Below are positions 1-10,024 of a DNA stretch of 64,000 bases, piece after piece. The stretch is taken from the NCBI GenBank assembly GCA_037129895.1, contig JBAXUB010000003.1, positions 2,699 through 66,698 on the forward strand, written 5' to 3'. Every line of letters starts with the position of its first letter. Positions within the stretch are counted from its first letter, which is position 1. The stretch comes from Candidatus Tayloriibacteriota bacterium. Its GTDB lineage: Bacteria; Patescibacteriota; Minisyncoccia; Phycocordibacterales; PALSA-1337. A program made the translations under genes and the position numbers. A model generated the notes under the pieces. It saw nothing but the letters and a program-made list of their open reading frames with translations. It searched no databases and was not told the DNA's origin.

Positions 1-2003
1 TCCGACCAAACTACGATGGTACAAAAAAGGAACCTACCGTAATGCCAACCGCCGTTCCTAACTTGCTTTTGAATGGAACTCTAGGTATCGCTGTTGGTAT
101 GGCTACCAATATCGCTCCACACAATCTCCGTGAGGTGGTTGACGCGACTGTGCACCTACTCGGAAACAAAGACGCTTCAACTGAGGATCTATTCCATTTC
201 ATCAAAGGTCCAGATTTCCCAACAGGCGCTATCATGTATGGTGAGAAAGATATACATCATGCCTATGCTACAGGACGTGGAGGTGTCACGGTTCGCGGTG
301 AGGCCGAGATAGTCGAGGACAAGAAGGGTCAATTCCAGATCATCATAACTTCTATACCATATCGCGTGAACAAGGCTGAGCTCATCATGAAGATAGCTGA
401 CCTCGTTCGTGAGAAGGTTATAGAGGGTGTGAAGGGGCTTCGCGATGAGTCAGACAAGGATATGCGTATCGCTATAGATTTGAAGCAAGGTTCATATCCT
501 GAGAAAGTCCTCAATTTACTCTATAAGCACACACAACTAGAAGATGCATTCCATTTCAATACAGTTGCTCTAGTTCATGGTGTTCCACAAACTCTTTCAT
601 TGAAGTCGATCCTACAAGAATTCGTTACACATAGAATAGATGTTGTACGTCGTCGTACACAATTCGATCTCACGAGAGCTGAAGATCGTGAACATATATT
701 GCTAGGTTTGAAGAAAGCACTGGATCATATAGATGAGATCATCACACTCATTCGTGGTTCCAAGGATGCAGTAGAAGCGCACGCTTCACTCATGAAGAAA
801 TTCAAGTTCAGTGAGAAACAAGCAACAGCGATATTGGAGATGAAACTACAGAGACTAGCTGGACTAGAGCGCAAGAAAGTTCTCGATGAATTACATGAAG
901 TTCAGGCTCTCATCGAAGAATTGAAGTCTATTTTGGGAAGTGAAAAGAAGGTTAGAAGTATCATCAAAACTGAGCTTATCGATGTAAGGACGAGATATGG
1001 TGATGATCGAAGGACCAAGATCGTGAAGCATGGCGTAAAGGATTTCAATCCAGAAGATTTGATAGCAGATGAAGAGTCGGTTATCGTTCTAACCAAAGGT
1101 GGTTATATAAAGAGAACTGATCCAGATGAATATCGCAAGCAGAAGCGTGGTGGTGTTGGGGTAGTTGATCTGGATACCAAGGAAGAGGATTTCATCTCTC
1201 ATTTGGTCTTTGCTTGGACTCATAACGATCTACTTTTCTTTACAGATAAAGGTAAGGCGTACCAGATCAAGATGTATGATATTCCAGAAGGTAAGAGGGC
1301 CACGAAAGGCAAATCAGTGATGAATTTTCTATCTCTTTCAGATGGTGAACGTGTGACTTCTATATTGCCGATGCCAAAAAACAAGAAAGATGCTGAAGGT
1401 CTCTCTCTTATCATGGTTACGAAAAATGGTACTGGCAAGAAGACTTCCGCTCAACATTTCAAAGATGTACGTCGTTCTGGGCTTATCGCTATAACACTCG
1501 AAGGCGGTGATGAACTCATCTCAGCTTCTTTTGTGACAAAGGGTGATGAGGTTGTTATGGCTACAAAGGAGGGTCAGTCGATACATTTCAAGGAAGGTGA
1601 CGTACGCGAAATGGGCCGAAATGCTGCAGGTGTTCGTGTCATCAAGATAGACAAGACTGATAGTGTGATCTCTGCTGACGTCGTCTCAAAAGACGCCAAG
1701 AATCCCCAATTATTCGTTATGGGAGCAAATGGTTATGGCAAGAAGACGAAACTTGCTGAATACAAGGTTCAGAATCGTGGTGGTTCAGGTATCCTCACTA
1801 TGAATATAACTTCGAAGACTGGCTCACTCATCGCCGCCAAGGTTGTTACTGATGACATCGAAGAGATCGTTGCCATGTCCAAGAAATCTCAGGTTATACG
1901 TGTTGATCTCAAGGAAATCCCATCATTATCTCGCGCTACCCAAGGCGTTCGTGTTATGAAACTTCGAGATGGTGATACTTTGGCTAGTCTCATCTGTTTG
2001 TAA
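1..2003 (+). CDS. gyrA: DNA gyrase subunit A, 5' end outside the window
   Basis: PNLLLNGxxGIAVGMATNI, GPDFPTG, GyrA-box QKRGGVG and C-terminal beta-pinwheel repeats (GRNAAGVR, SRATQGVR). Confidence 0.97.
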   Translation, partial: RPNYDGTKKEPTVMPTAVPNLLLNGTLGIAVGMATNIAPHNLREVVDATVHLLGNKDASTEDLFHFIKGPDFPTGAIMYGEKDIHHAYATGRGGVTVRGEAEIVEDKKGQFQIIITSIPYRVNKAELIMKIADLVREKVIEGVKGLRDESDKDMRIAIDLKQGSYPEKVLNLLYKHTQLEDAFHFNTVALVHGVPQTLSLKSILQEFVTHRIDVVRRRTQFDLTRAEDREHILLGLKKALDHIDEIITLIRGSKDAVEAHASLMKKFKFSEKQATAILEMKLQRLAGLERKKVLDELHEVQALIEELKSILGSEKKVRSIIKTELIDVRTRYGDDRRTKIVKHGVKDFNPEDLIADEESVIVLTKGGYIKRTDPDEYRKQKRGGVGVVDLDTKEEDFISHLVFAWTHNDLLFFTDKGKAYQIKMYDIPEGKRATKGKSVMNFLSLSDGERVTSILPMPKNKKDAEGLSLIMVTKNGTGKKTSAQHFKDVRRSGLIAITLEGGDELISASFVTKGDEVVMATKEGQSIHFKEGDVREMGRNAAGVRVIKIDKTDSVISADVVSKDAKNPQLFVMGANGYGKKTKLAEYKVQNRGGSGILTMNITSKTGSLIAAKVVTDDIEEIVAMSKKSQVIRVDLKEIPSLSRATQGVRVMKLRDGDTLASLICL

Positions 2004-2018
2004 TTGGTCAGTCAATTT

Positions 2019-2136
2019 ACCCACACCACACGAGAGTTTTTATAACTCGAGGACTGTTCGGTGGTGCGTCAATTCGTGAGATAAATAATAGTTTCCTTCA
2101 TCCGCAGAGTTATAAAAACTCTCGTGTGGTGTGGGT
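2019..2136. repeat. Perfect 30-bp inverted repeat around a 58-nt loop (REP/MITE-like)
   Basis: ACCCACACCACACGAGAGTTTTTATAACTC at 2019-2048 and its exact reverse complement at 2107-2136. Confidence 0.9.
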
Positions 2137-2149
2137 TTTAACAGGTATC

Positions 2150-2236
2150 CATTCACGGGGTAATTTGCTCCGTCGTCTGCGGGCGCTCCCGCTGGCTACC
2201 AGTCCTCGACGCACTACGCAAATTACCCCGTGAATG
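2150..2236. repeat. Perfect 19-bp inverted repeat with a GC-rich loop (REP-like)
   Basis: CATTCACGGGGTAATTTGC at 2150-2168 and its reverse complement at 2218-2236. Confidence 0.9.
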
Positions 2237-2303
2237 TTATACATGTGTAACTGTCCACACATGGCACCTTTATACTTCATAACGAATAGACTATAATTAG
2301 CCT

Positions 2304-2819
2304 ATGTTTTCCGACCCAGCAACAAATTTGAATAAAGTAGGCTTAACAGACGGTATGAAAATAGTAGATATAGGCGCCGGTTCTGGTTTCTATAGTATTG
2401 AGGCGGCCAAGAGAGTTGGGGCCACTGGTAGGGTATATGCCGTAGATGTGCAGAAGGACCTATTGGAGAGACTCCGTTCGGTCGGTGCATCTCAAGGTCT
2501 TAGAAATATAGAAGTAATATGGGGAAATGCTGAGAAGATAGGTGGAACGAAACTCCGTGAAGGACTAGCTGACAGAGTCATTGTATCCAATGTATTGTTT
2601 CAAATAGAAAAACCGGATGATTTTGCTTTGGAGATAAAGAGGATCATCAAGCCGGGCGGCAAGGTTTTGTTGGTTGATTGGAGTGAAGTGAGTGCACTCG
2701 GTCCTTCTACAGTTGTATCTTCGAGTCAGGCACAGGCATTATTTGAGAAGTCAGGTTTCAAGTTAGAACAGCAATTCGGTGCAGGGGATCATCATTATGG
2801 CTTGGTTTTTGTAAAGTAG
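2304..2819 (+). CDS. Class I SAM-dependent methyltransferase
   Basis: VDIGAGSG motif I, YAVD, and IIKPGG motif. Confidence 0.9.
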   Translation: MFSDPATNLNKVGLTDGMKIVDIGAGSGFYSIEAAKRVGATGRVYAVDVQKDLLERLRSVGASQGLRNIEVIWGNAEKIGGTKLREGLADRVIVSNVLFQIEKPDDFALEIKRIIKPGGKVLLVDWSEVSALGPSTVVSSSQAQALFEKSGFKLEQQFGAGDHHYGLVFVK

Positions 2820-2867
2820 GCTGGCGTACACCTTCCGTATTTCATTCCTAGAATATATAATTCAATT

Positions 2868-4157
2868 ATGTCAAAATTCCAACTAATAATCTTGTCAGTG
2901 TTCGTAGTTTGTATCATTGCTGGTGTTATCGCCTTTGCAACATTCAAGGGTAATGGTACAAGTACTGATCTACCGAGCGTTACTATTTGGGGCACGTTTC
3001 CAGCGGATATTTTTAATAAGTATGTAGTAGAAATTAACAGCACATCATCCGTTACAATGACGGTGAATTATGTAGAGAAGAAACCAGAGCAATTCTCTAC
3101 CGATTTTATAGCAGCTTTGGCGAGAGGTACTGGACCTGATGCGATCCTCATACCACTAGATATGCTGTTGCCTCATTTGGATAAGCTGACCATGATACCG
3201 TATACAGCTCTGTCACAGAGGGCATATATGGATACATATGTTCAAGAATCCAACATATATCTTACAGACAGTGGCATTATGGGCCTACCATTCGTTATAG
3301 ATCCGCTCATCATGTATTGGAATAGGGGGATGTTCAACTCGGCTGGTGTAGCAACTTATCCAAAATATTGGGATGAATTTAACACGATAATACCGAAATT
3401 GACCGTGAGAGAGAGCGATGGGAATGTTCGTAAGTCGGCTGTTGCAATGGGTGATTTTACGAATATGACGAATGCTCGCGAGCTTGTTGGTTCTATGCTA
3501 TTACAACTCAACAATCCTTTTACTGCGTATGATAGTACTGGTATAAAGACAACGATCACGAATTCCTCGGGTTCAGCACCACAATCAGTATTCAAATTCT
3601 TCACACAGTTCGTCGATCCATCTAGTCCCAATTATTCATGGAATAGAGGGATGCCCAATGACAAAACAGCTTTCTTGTCAGGTATAGGGGCTACATATTT
3701 TGGCTTTGCCTCTGAACTCAAGGATATCCGTACAAAGAATCCAAATCTCAATTTTGATGCAGCATCGTTACCACAAGTTCGAACAGGTGGTGTCAAAGCA
3801 ACATTCGGAAAGATGTATGCATTTTCATTCATGAAAAGTTCGAGTAATGTGAACACTGCTTTCCAAGTCGCTTCAACTATGACAGCACCATCATTTTTAC
3901 CTATCTTGGGGAGTATGCTGTATCTACCTTCAGTACGTAGAGATATCATCGCACGTGGTTCTACAGATCCATATATCGATGTTTTCAATAAGGCAGCACT
4001 CGTCTCCAATGGATGGCTGGATATAGAACCTATAAAGTCACGCGCTATTCTCTCAGGAATGGTTCAGAACATTACGAGCGGTAAGGTTTCGGTGAGCGAA
4101 GGTATCCAAGACATTGAGGACTTGTATAATGTTCAGTTAAGGGCTGCCACACAATAA
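2868..4157 (+). CDS. Membrane-anchored extracellular solute-binding protein (ABC family 1-like)
   Basis: N-terminal TM helix, TIWG, GTGPDAI and GLPFVIDPLIMYWN motifs. Confidence 0.8.
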   Translation: MSKFQLIILSVFVVCIIAGVIAFATFKGNGTSTDLPSVTIWGTFPADIFNKYVVEINSTSSVTMTVNYVEKKPEQFSTDFIAALARGTGPDAILIPLDMLLPHLDKLTMIPYTALSQRAYMDTYVQESNIYLTDSGIMGLPFVIDPLIMYWNRGMFNSAGVATYPKYWDEFNTIIPKLTVRESDGNVRKSAVAMGDFTNMTNARELVGSMLLQLNNPFTAYDSTGIKTTITNSSGSAPQSVFKFFTQFVDPSSPNYSWNRGMPNDKTAFLSGIGATYFGFASELKDIRTKNPNLNFDAASLPQVRTGGVKATFGKMYAFSFMKSSSNVNTAFQVASTMTAPSFLPILGSMLYLPSVRRDIIARGSTDPYIDVFNKAALVSNGWLDIEPIKSRAILSGMVQNITSGKVSVSEGIQDIEDLYNVQLRAATQ

Positions 4158-4162
4158 ATATT

Positions 4163-4606
4163 ATGAAAAATAAGATATATACGATCATATTGGCCGCCAT
4201 AGTTCTAAGCTCGTTCGCACAGTTTTCAATACTGACCGTTAGTGCAGCAAATGAGTCTGTTGATATAACAAAATCGAGTTTTCAGTTATCTATCTGTGAT
4301 GGACCGAGGCCACCAGGTGGAGGTACTAGTGGCACGGTGTATTGTGATTTTACTGGACTTATCTTGACGGTACAGCGGTTCATCAATGTCGGTATAGCCA
4401 TCGGTGTATTCGTAGCACTCGGTAGTTTCTGTTATATCGGCTATCTATATATGACTGGAACACCGGGCAATATCACCAAGGCAAAATCCATTTTCCCAAA
4501 AATCTTTTTTGGGTTTATAATAATGCTCACGGCATGGTTCATCGTTTATCAGATGCTCTCATGGCTAGGTGCCAGTTCGACCTATACTACTTTATTGGGG
4601 AAATAA
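4163..4606 (+). CDS. TrbC/VirB2-like pilin
   Basis: Signal peptide then two hydrophobic helices separated by G..G...AK, the usual CPR pilin pattern. Confidence 0.7.
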   Translation: MKNKIYTIILAAIVLSSFAQFSILTVSAANESVDITKSSFQLSICDGPRPPGGGTSGTVYCDFTGLILTVQRFINVGIAIGVFVALGSFCYIGYLYMTGTPGNITKAKSIFPKIFFGFIIMLTAWFIVYQMLSWLGASSTYTTLLGK

Positions 4607-4616
4607 TATAAATATA

Positions 4617-5087
4617 ATGAAATTATCAAACATAATTGGGTATAAGATTGGAACTAGCGTTATGATCGTTCTCATGTTAGTTGTGGTACTCAGTGTACCA
4701 GTGACTTTAGTCATGGCGCAGATCAATATTGGTGGGAATGCTATTACTGCCCCCGTCAGTGGGAATGGTAAAGCAGGAACTCTCGATAATCCATTAAAAG
4801 GAGTGAGTTCACTCGGCGATCTAGTAAAAACTGGTCTACAAGTCTTTACATACATAGCGGTTCTCATAGGTGTTGTCATGATAGTGATAGTTGGTCTCAA
4901 ATATATCCTCGCACGTGGTAAACCAGAGGAGATGAAGAAAGCCAGCCAATGGCTACTGTATATCGTGATAGGGCTAGCGATCGTTATTGGTTCTAGGATC
5001 GCCGTATCTATCGTTATCAACACACTGGAGTCCTCTGGTGCGGTTGATCCGAAAGTTATACAAAGTGCAAAGAATGCCAATCAATAA
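4617..5087 (+). CDS. TrbC/VirB2-like pilin
   Basis: LDNPL...GLKYILARGKPEEMKKA..LLYIVIGLAI; start moved to ATG 4617. Confidence 0.75.
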   Translation: MKLSNIIGYKIGTSVMIVLMLVVVLSVPVTLVMAQINIGGNAITAPVSGNGKAGTLDNPLKGVSSLGDLVKTGLQVFTYIAVLIGVVMIVIVGLKYILARGKPEEMKKASQWLLYIVIGLAIVIGSRIAVSIVINTLESSGAVDPKVIQSAKNANQ

Positions 5088-5107
5088 TTTATTAATTATT
5101 CAATAAT

Positions 5108-5605
5108 ATGACAAAAAAACATTTAAAATATACACTTTCAATATTGATCGCCACTACGCCACTGTTAGCTTTTGCTGCGACGGGCGGTACTTTGAAGACT
5201 TTGATATCATCGATCATCAATTACCTCAATTGGGCACTAGTCCTCATGATGGCTCTGGCTATCGTGTATTTCACTTGGAATGTGATCAAGTATTATGTTA
5301 GGACCAATGAAGATAGGAAAGAGGGAAATACTTATGTTATGTATAGTATCATCGGTTTTTTCGTAATATTGTCTTTCTGGGGATTGGTAAATATTCTGCA
5401 AAATAGCTTCGGTTTGAGTAATCAAGGGAATACTCCAGGTAGTTGGGCTTCATTCTCCAATATTTTCCCTGGAGGAGGGTCGTCAGCTTCTGGTGGGGTA
5501 AGTGATCCAGCCTCGCAGACTCTATTTGATTACCAGGCTGGTGGCAGTTCGATTACTTGTCCGAGTGGAACGGATTACAATGCGACGACTGAGACTTGTA
5601 TGTAG
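5108..5605 (+). CDS. TrbC/VirB2-like pilin
   Basis: Signal peptide (LAFA) and YSIIGFFVILSFWGLVNIL. Confidence 0.7.
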   Translation: MTKKHLKYTLSILIATTPLLAFAATGGTLKTLISSIINYLNWALVLMMALAIVYFTWNVIKYYVRTNEDRKEGNTYVMYSIIGFFVILSFWGLVNILQNSFGLSNQGNTPGSWASFSNIFPGGGSSASGGVSDPASQTLFDYQAGGSSITCPSGTDYNATTETCM

Positions 5606-5716
5606 TATAACCTATCAATATCCACAGGGGGGTGCATTTAATAGTCTGTAAAGTAGTGTATAATTATAACCAACTAATATATTCGTATTAGCATTTATTA
5701 ACAAATTAACAATAAT

Positions 5717-6076
5717 ATGAAAAAAATCATCGCAGTAGCATTGGCATTAACACCTGTTGTAGCATTTGCTCAATTGACACAGATCACCGACGTCAATAGT
5801 TTGTCTAGTAGACTCGTGAGTTTGGGTAATACATTTACATATTTGTTGATAGCTCTAGCAGTTATCTTCATTATCTGGAACGTGGTTATGTCCTTGATCA
5901 AAGGTAATGATCCTGCAGCTCGTGGTGCAGCAGCATCCTCTATATTGTATGGTATAGTCGGTCTATTCGTAATACTATCTATCTGGGGCCTAGTGAATAT
6001 CCTAGTCAATACATTCGGTACGAGACCACCTGCTGCAACAGTCCCTCAGGCACAGAATGCTCCAATAGTTTACTAA
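5717..6076 (+). CDS. TrbC/VirB2-like pilin
   Basis: Signal peptide (VAFA) and YGIVGLFVILSIWGLVNIL. Confidence 0.75.
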   Translation: MKKIIAVALALTPVVAFAQLTQITDVNSLSSRLVSLGNTFTYLLIALAVIFIIWNVVMSLIKGNDPAARGAAASSILYGIVGLFVILSIWGLVNILVNTFGTRPPAATVPQAQNAPIVY

Positions 6077-6091
6077 TAGTTAAACAATTCG

Positions 6092-6376
6092 ATGTCATCC
6101 GTAACTCAGCTCATGGCCGCACTGGACGCTGCTACATTCGGCAAAGCAGTTGACCCGATTATATCAAATATATTGAATCCGATAATGGCGCTAATATTTG
6201 CTGTTGCTCTCGTCGTGTTCGTTTACGGAGTTTTGACATATGTTTGGGGTTCGCAAGATGGTGATGCAAGGACCCTAGCGAAGAATAGTATGGTTGGAGG
6301 AATCATCGGTATGTTCATCATGTTGTCAGCGTGGGGCATAGTCAATCTGATAGCAAATACTGTTAAATCTCTGTAA
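6092..6376 (+). CDS. TrbC/VirB2-like pilin
   Basis: GIIGMFIMLSAWGIVNLI; paralogous to its neighbours. Confidence 0.7.
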   Translation: MSSVTQLMAALDAATFGKAVDPIISNILNPIMALIFAVALVVFVYGVLTYVWGSQDGDARTLAKNSMVGGIIGMFIMLSAWGIVNLIANTVKSL

Positions 6377-6463
6377 GTACTCAGAAAAATCTAGATCGGA
6401 ATTATATATAAAAGGGAAAGGCCGGACATGAATCGCTTCATGCCGGCCGTTTCTTGCAAAGAA

Positions 6464-7009
6464 CTATGACGAGGGTACATCCCTCGTTTCTGATATCGCC
6501 CAGGCAACAGGTGCCTGAGACAACTTTTGGTTTGGTTCGATACTCACCTCGATCGTATTGAACCCGACTGTGTTCTCGAGGTGAGACTTTTCCCGCCAAT
6601 TGCGCGGGTAAAGTTTGAAAATACGACTATCGTCGTGATCAAACCTCACCAACCAATGGACATCGTCGACAAGTATGTTCATGTCGACCCTTCTCCCAAA
6701 GACGCTCACGCCCTGCCATTTTCCTGGCACGGCAATGATGACGCCTGATTCGTGAGCTGTGGTGTAGCTCTGCTTCACCATTTCGCTCATCTTCGGGTTA
6801 AGTCCGTCACCCGATCCGGAAGATCCGGAGGGGGATGACCTCGACACGAATATGATGAGGATGATGAGTGGTGCCAGCAATAGTGCCCACTTCTGTGTTT
6901 TACTCATTTTCTGTTTGGGCGGGATCACCATTGCTGGTGTTACCGCTTTTGTCGTCGCTGCTGCGGGTGCAGCAGGTGTTGTTGTCGTCGCTGCTGTTGG
7001 TTTCGCCAT
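6464..7009 (-). CDS. Hypothetical single-pass membrane protein
   Basis: Ala/Thr/Pro-rich N-terminus, one TM helix, AAGGA RBS, co-oriented with the upstream SPFH-like gene. Confidence 0.7.
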   Translation of the reverse strand: MAKPTAATTTTPAAPAAATTKAVTPAMVIPPKQKMSKTQKWALLLAPLIILIIFVSRSSPSGSSGSGDGLNPKMSEMVKQSYTTAHESGVIIAVPGKWQGVSVFGRRVDMNILVDDVHWLVRFDHDDSRIFKLYPRNWREKSHLENTVGFNTIEVSIEPNQKLSQAPVAWAISETRDVPSS

Positions 7010-7033
7010 ATTAATCCTTCTATTTTTTTTGTT

Positions 7034-8062
7034 CTATTTTTTGCCTGCCATGACTATTCCCGCGCCGTCCCCAAGGCCCAATGCTGTTAGACCTTCCTGG
7101 GGAATGCCCCGGTATTCGTTCTCTTTTACTTCAATTGTTCGAGTCGTCTTTGGATCGACAGCTGCTGCTGCGGTCCTCGACGCCTCGTTTACGCCCATAT
7201 CAGGGTTCGCTTCCCTGAGTGCTCTGATCCCTTCGTTGATCATACCGATCGTCGACTTGGACGAGTAGATCGTCCTTGACTCTGGTGTGAGGTCAAAGTT
7301 TTCCAACGTTGGATTTTTGATCTCGCACCCGATCTGGTCTTCGAAAGCGGAGATATTTTCTTCGCCATCAAAAAGTGTTGAAACCCATTTGACTACTGAG
7401 CTCTTGTAATAGAGCAGAGTCTCAACCGAGTTCAATCCTGCCAGATCTGATAGTCGAGCAGCGACTAGCGCCAATATCCAGGCCCGAATCTCCGCGTTTT
7501 GATAACGCAGTGATTTGCTGAGCGCATCCGTGTCGCTCTTACGATTGTAGAGTATCAGGATGTTCGCAAACATCACGTATCCATCACGAGTGGTGAATGT
7601 CACCTGATTCTCGCTACCAAATCGGGTCGTTATGATTTCGTGCTTTTGGAAGTTGATTGGCTCTTCCTGAAGCCTAGAACTCCACATTGTGAAGTGGAAT
7701 CCTTGGAGGTAAACCAGGATCTTTCCCGGTCTGAAATAGTCCAGGTAGACCTTGGCTTCCCGAGCGTTCACTGTCGTCCACATCGCTGGGGTGTAGATGA
7801 TCACGAACGCTGCCACTCCGATCAGCGGAATTCCGATCGTCATCATCGACGATTTGTCGATGAATGATAGACCAATCGACAAGGCAACGAAAAGTATCAT
7901 TGCTGTCAATAGGTTGAGTATCAGCGATTCATAATCAAAGTTATTGATCACCGCTACCGCCAACGCTTTATCCGTGTTCACCCTGGCTCCCGGTTTCGGT
8001 GGGAGGGAGGTAATTTTCGGTCTCCGCAACGCGGGCGGAGCTTCTTTAATTTTCTTACTCAT
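7034..8062 (-). CDS. SPFH/band-7-like membrane protein
   Basis: Two TM helices, then xGFHF and TRDGxVMFANI, resembling the SPFH domain. Confidence 0.6.
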   Translation of the reverse strand: MSKKIKEAPPALRRPKITSLPPKPGARVNTDKALAVAVINNFDYESLILNLLTAMILFVALSIGLSFIDKSSMMTIGIPLIGVAAFVIIYTPAMWTTVNAREAKVYLDYFRPGKILVYLQGFHFTMWSSRLQEEPINFQKHEIITTRFGSENQVTFTTRDGYVMFANILILYNRKSDTDALSKSLRYQNAEIRAWILALVAARLSDLAGLNSVETLLYYKSSVVKWVSTLFDGEENISAFEDQIGCEIKNPTLENFDLTPESRTIYSSKSTIGMINEGIRALREANPDMGVNEASRTAAAAVDPKTTRTIEVKENEYRGIPQEGLTALGLGDGAGIVMAGKK

Positions 8063-8070
8063 AATTTCAT

Positions 8071-8234
8071 TTCTTTCTGTCTTTGATCTTCAGCCATAAT
8101 TGTGGCCTCGGATCGGTTTGTCTATTATTCAGCTGTCAAACAGTATCTTTTGGACACTGGCAAGAGTCATCCGACCCTCGCAAACAGGCTTTTAAATCTG
8201 GTTCAATTGTAGCATAAAAAAAGGGCAAAGTCAA
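8071..8234 (-). promoter_or_regulatory. Sigma70 promoter and conserved structured 5' leader, copy A
   Basis: TTGACT-17-TACAAT with TG extension (8234-8206); leader nearly identical to 9443-9560. Confidence 0.75.
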
Positions 8235-8363
8235 GGCAAATTGAGTATCGAAATAGGGCTATATAGCAAGTCATATTATTGGCTATTTTTGGTCATAAAT
8301 ATAAAGAAAACCCCTCATAGACATTGCTGTCAGTGAGGGGTTTTTTGAAGGAACTGTTCGGTG

Positions 8364-9434
8364 CTACCTGCACCGGCCACCACCACCGTGGTGGTATGTG
8401 GCAAACGGTAGTGGGGGACCGCCACGATATCCGCCGCCGTACGATGGGGCACAATAGCTGCCACTATAGTAGCTACCACCCCCGTATCCGACACTAATGA
8501 TCGGCCTGTACGTTTGATACACGTACGGCTGCTGGTAAACAACCGTCGGCGCTGTTCGATAGTAGTATGAGGACTGCTCAACCGGAGCAGGTTCCCGATA
8601 CTCCTGCACCTGTTTCTCAACAGGTTGCGCCGGCGGTGACCACGTTGAAGTGGTCTTCGTCGCACAAGTCGGCTGCCTCACTGTTACGGCCTGTGTGCTG
8701 ACAAGGGTGTTGCCCTTGTACACAGGCCCGTAGTTTACGGTTATGGAGCAGTTCGTGCTGCTCACAATGTTGAAGCAGTTCGACATGGCCATGGTATTGG
8801 CCACTGAAGAGCTCATCCCACTCTGACTCTGAGCGAGGCCAGCTCTGGCGCGAGCGATTTCGCCCTCGTAATCGCTGAGCTTTTTGCTCTCAGCGTTCAA
8901 GTCGAGCTGCTCTTTATGGGCAGCGTCGTACCCTTTTGTCAACTTCCTGTATTCTGCAGCTGTCGCTGCGGCTGTTGACGGCGCGTCCACGGTGGCCTTC
9001 TGGTCGCGGTGTGTCCACCACCACCAGAGACCGATGAGGCTGAGAATCGCCACGATTAACGTGGTAATCTTAAGCCACTTCCACTTGTCGCCCGAAGCGG
9101 GCGGCGTGGTGGTGACGTTTACTGTCGTCGATCCACCTGTACCACCGGAAGCTGCAGCTGCTGCAGCGGCGGCCGCGGCTGCTGCTTTAGCGGCGCTCCC
9201 TGCGCGCGGCTTCCGAGCCTTCTTGGGTGCGGCTGGCTGCGGCGGCGGAGTGACTGGTGGCGGCGTCCCCGTTGTTGGGGGAGTTGCCGTCTTCTTCGCC
9301 TTGGCAGTTTTAGGGGCGGCAGGTGCCGTACCCGAAGTTGCTGCTGACGCTGTTGTTGCTGCAGGTGCTGTATTTACAGAACCTGGATTTGCGGGCGGTT
9401 GCCCAACCGGCGTTTTTGTCGTTGCCATATTCAT
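8364..9434 (-). CDS. Hypothetical Ala/Pro/Thr-rich single-pass membrane protein
   Basis: 356-aa ORF behind a promoter and leader; TM helix ending WWWW; Tyr/Gly-rich tail; terminator-like hairpin near 8308-8345. Confidence 0.7.
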   Translation of the reverse strand: MNMATTKTPVGQPPANPGSVNTAPAATTASAATSGTAPAAPKTAKAKKTATPPTTGTPPPVTPPPQPAAPKKARKPRAGSAAKAAAAAAAAAAAASGGTGGSTTVNVTTTPPASGDKWKWLKITTLIVAILSLIGLWWWWTHRDQKATVDAPSTAAATAAEYRKLTKGYDAAHKEQLDLNAESKKLSDYEGEIARARAGLAQSQSGMSSSVANTMAMSNCFNIVSSTNCSITVNYGPVYKGNTLVSTQAVTVRQPTCATKTTSTWSPPAQPVEKQVQEYREPAPVEQSSYYYRTAPTVVYQQPYVYQTYRPIISVGYGGGSYYSGSYCAPSYGGGYRGGPPLPFATYHHGGGGRCR

Positions 9435-9442
9435 ATTTCTTT

Positions 9443-9603
9443 TTCTTTCCGTCTTTGATCCTCGGCCATAATTATGGCCTCGGATCGGTTTCTATATTCA
9501 GCTGTCAAACAGTATCTTTTGGACACTGGCAAGAGTCATCCGACCCTTGCAAACAAGCTTCAAATTTCTGGTGGTATTATATCACAAAGGAGTAATTTGT
9601 CAA
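9443..9603 (-). promoter_or_regulatory. Sigma70 promoter and conserved structured 5' leader, copy B
   Basis: TTGACA-16-TATAAT (9603-9576); leader duplicated at 8071-8190. Confidence 0.75.
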
Positions 9604-9647
9604 GGTAAACGTATTTCGGCAATGATCGGGTGAACATGAGTCAAATA

Positions 9648-9673
9648 GCGTTATACCATATATGGTATAACGC
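9648..9673. repeat. Perfect 26-bp palindrome
   Basis: GCGTTATACCATATATGGTATAACGC. Confidence 0.85.
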
Positions 9674-9713
9674 CTATAAGCTATGTTGTGCGCCCCAGGA
9701 TAACATATTTGCG

Positions 9714-9873
9714 GTGCCGGGGAGAGGACTCTTTCCCTACGGGAACGGTACAGTCTTCGTATTTCTCCTCGTCTACGACTCGTAGAAATATACTCAGACT
9801 TTTCGAGTCTTTGGACGCGAACCAGTCAACTGGTTCGCTGGTGGTATGCATATCAGTGCCGGGGAGAGGACTC
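9714..9873 (-). repeat. Two extra copies of the tRNA-Leu 3' end (18 bp)
   Basis: GTGCCGGGGAGAGGACTC at 9714-9731 and 9856-9873, matching the tRNA 3' end at 10024-10041. Confidence 0.9.
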
Positions 9874-10024
9874 CCCCGCGACTCTCGGCTGACCAGTCAG
9901 CCTCGGTCTGGGCACCGGCTCGCGGCTCGGTGCGCTCACCTCGCACGCTCCGCCGTTCTCGTCCTACCCCATGTCACAATGATGCTCCATTCGGACTGCA
10001 TTTAGCAGTCCTCGTGGATCATTG

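Noticed and set aside
8884-9471. 195-aa plus-strand ORF
   Set aside because: Antisense shadow of the GC-rich low-complexity gene, which has the promoter and leader.
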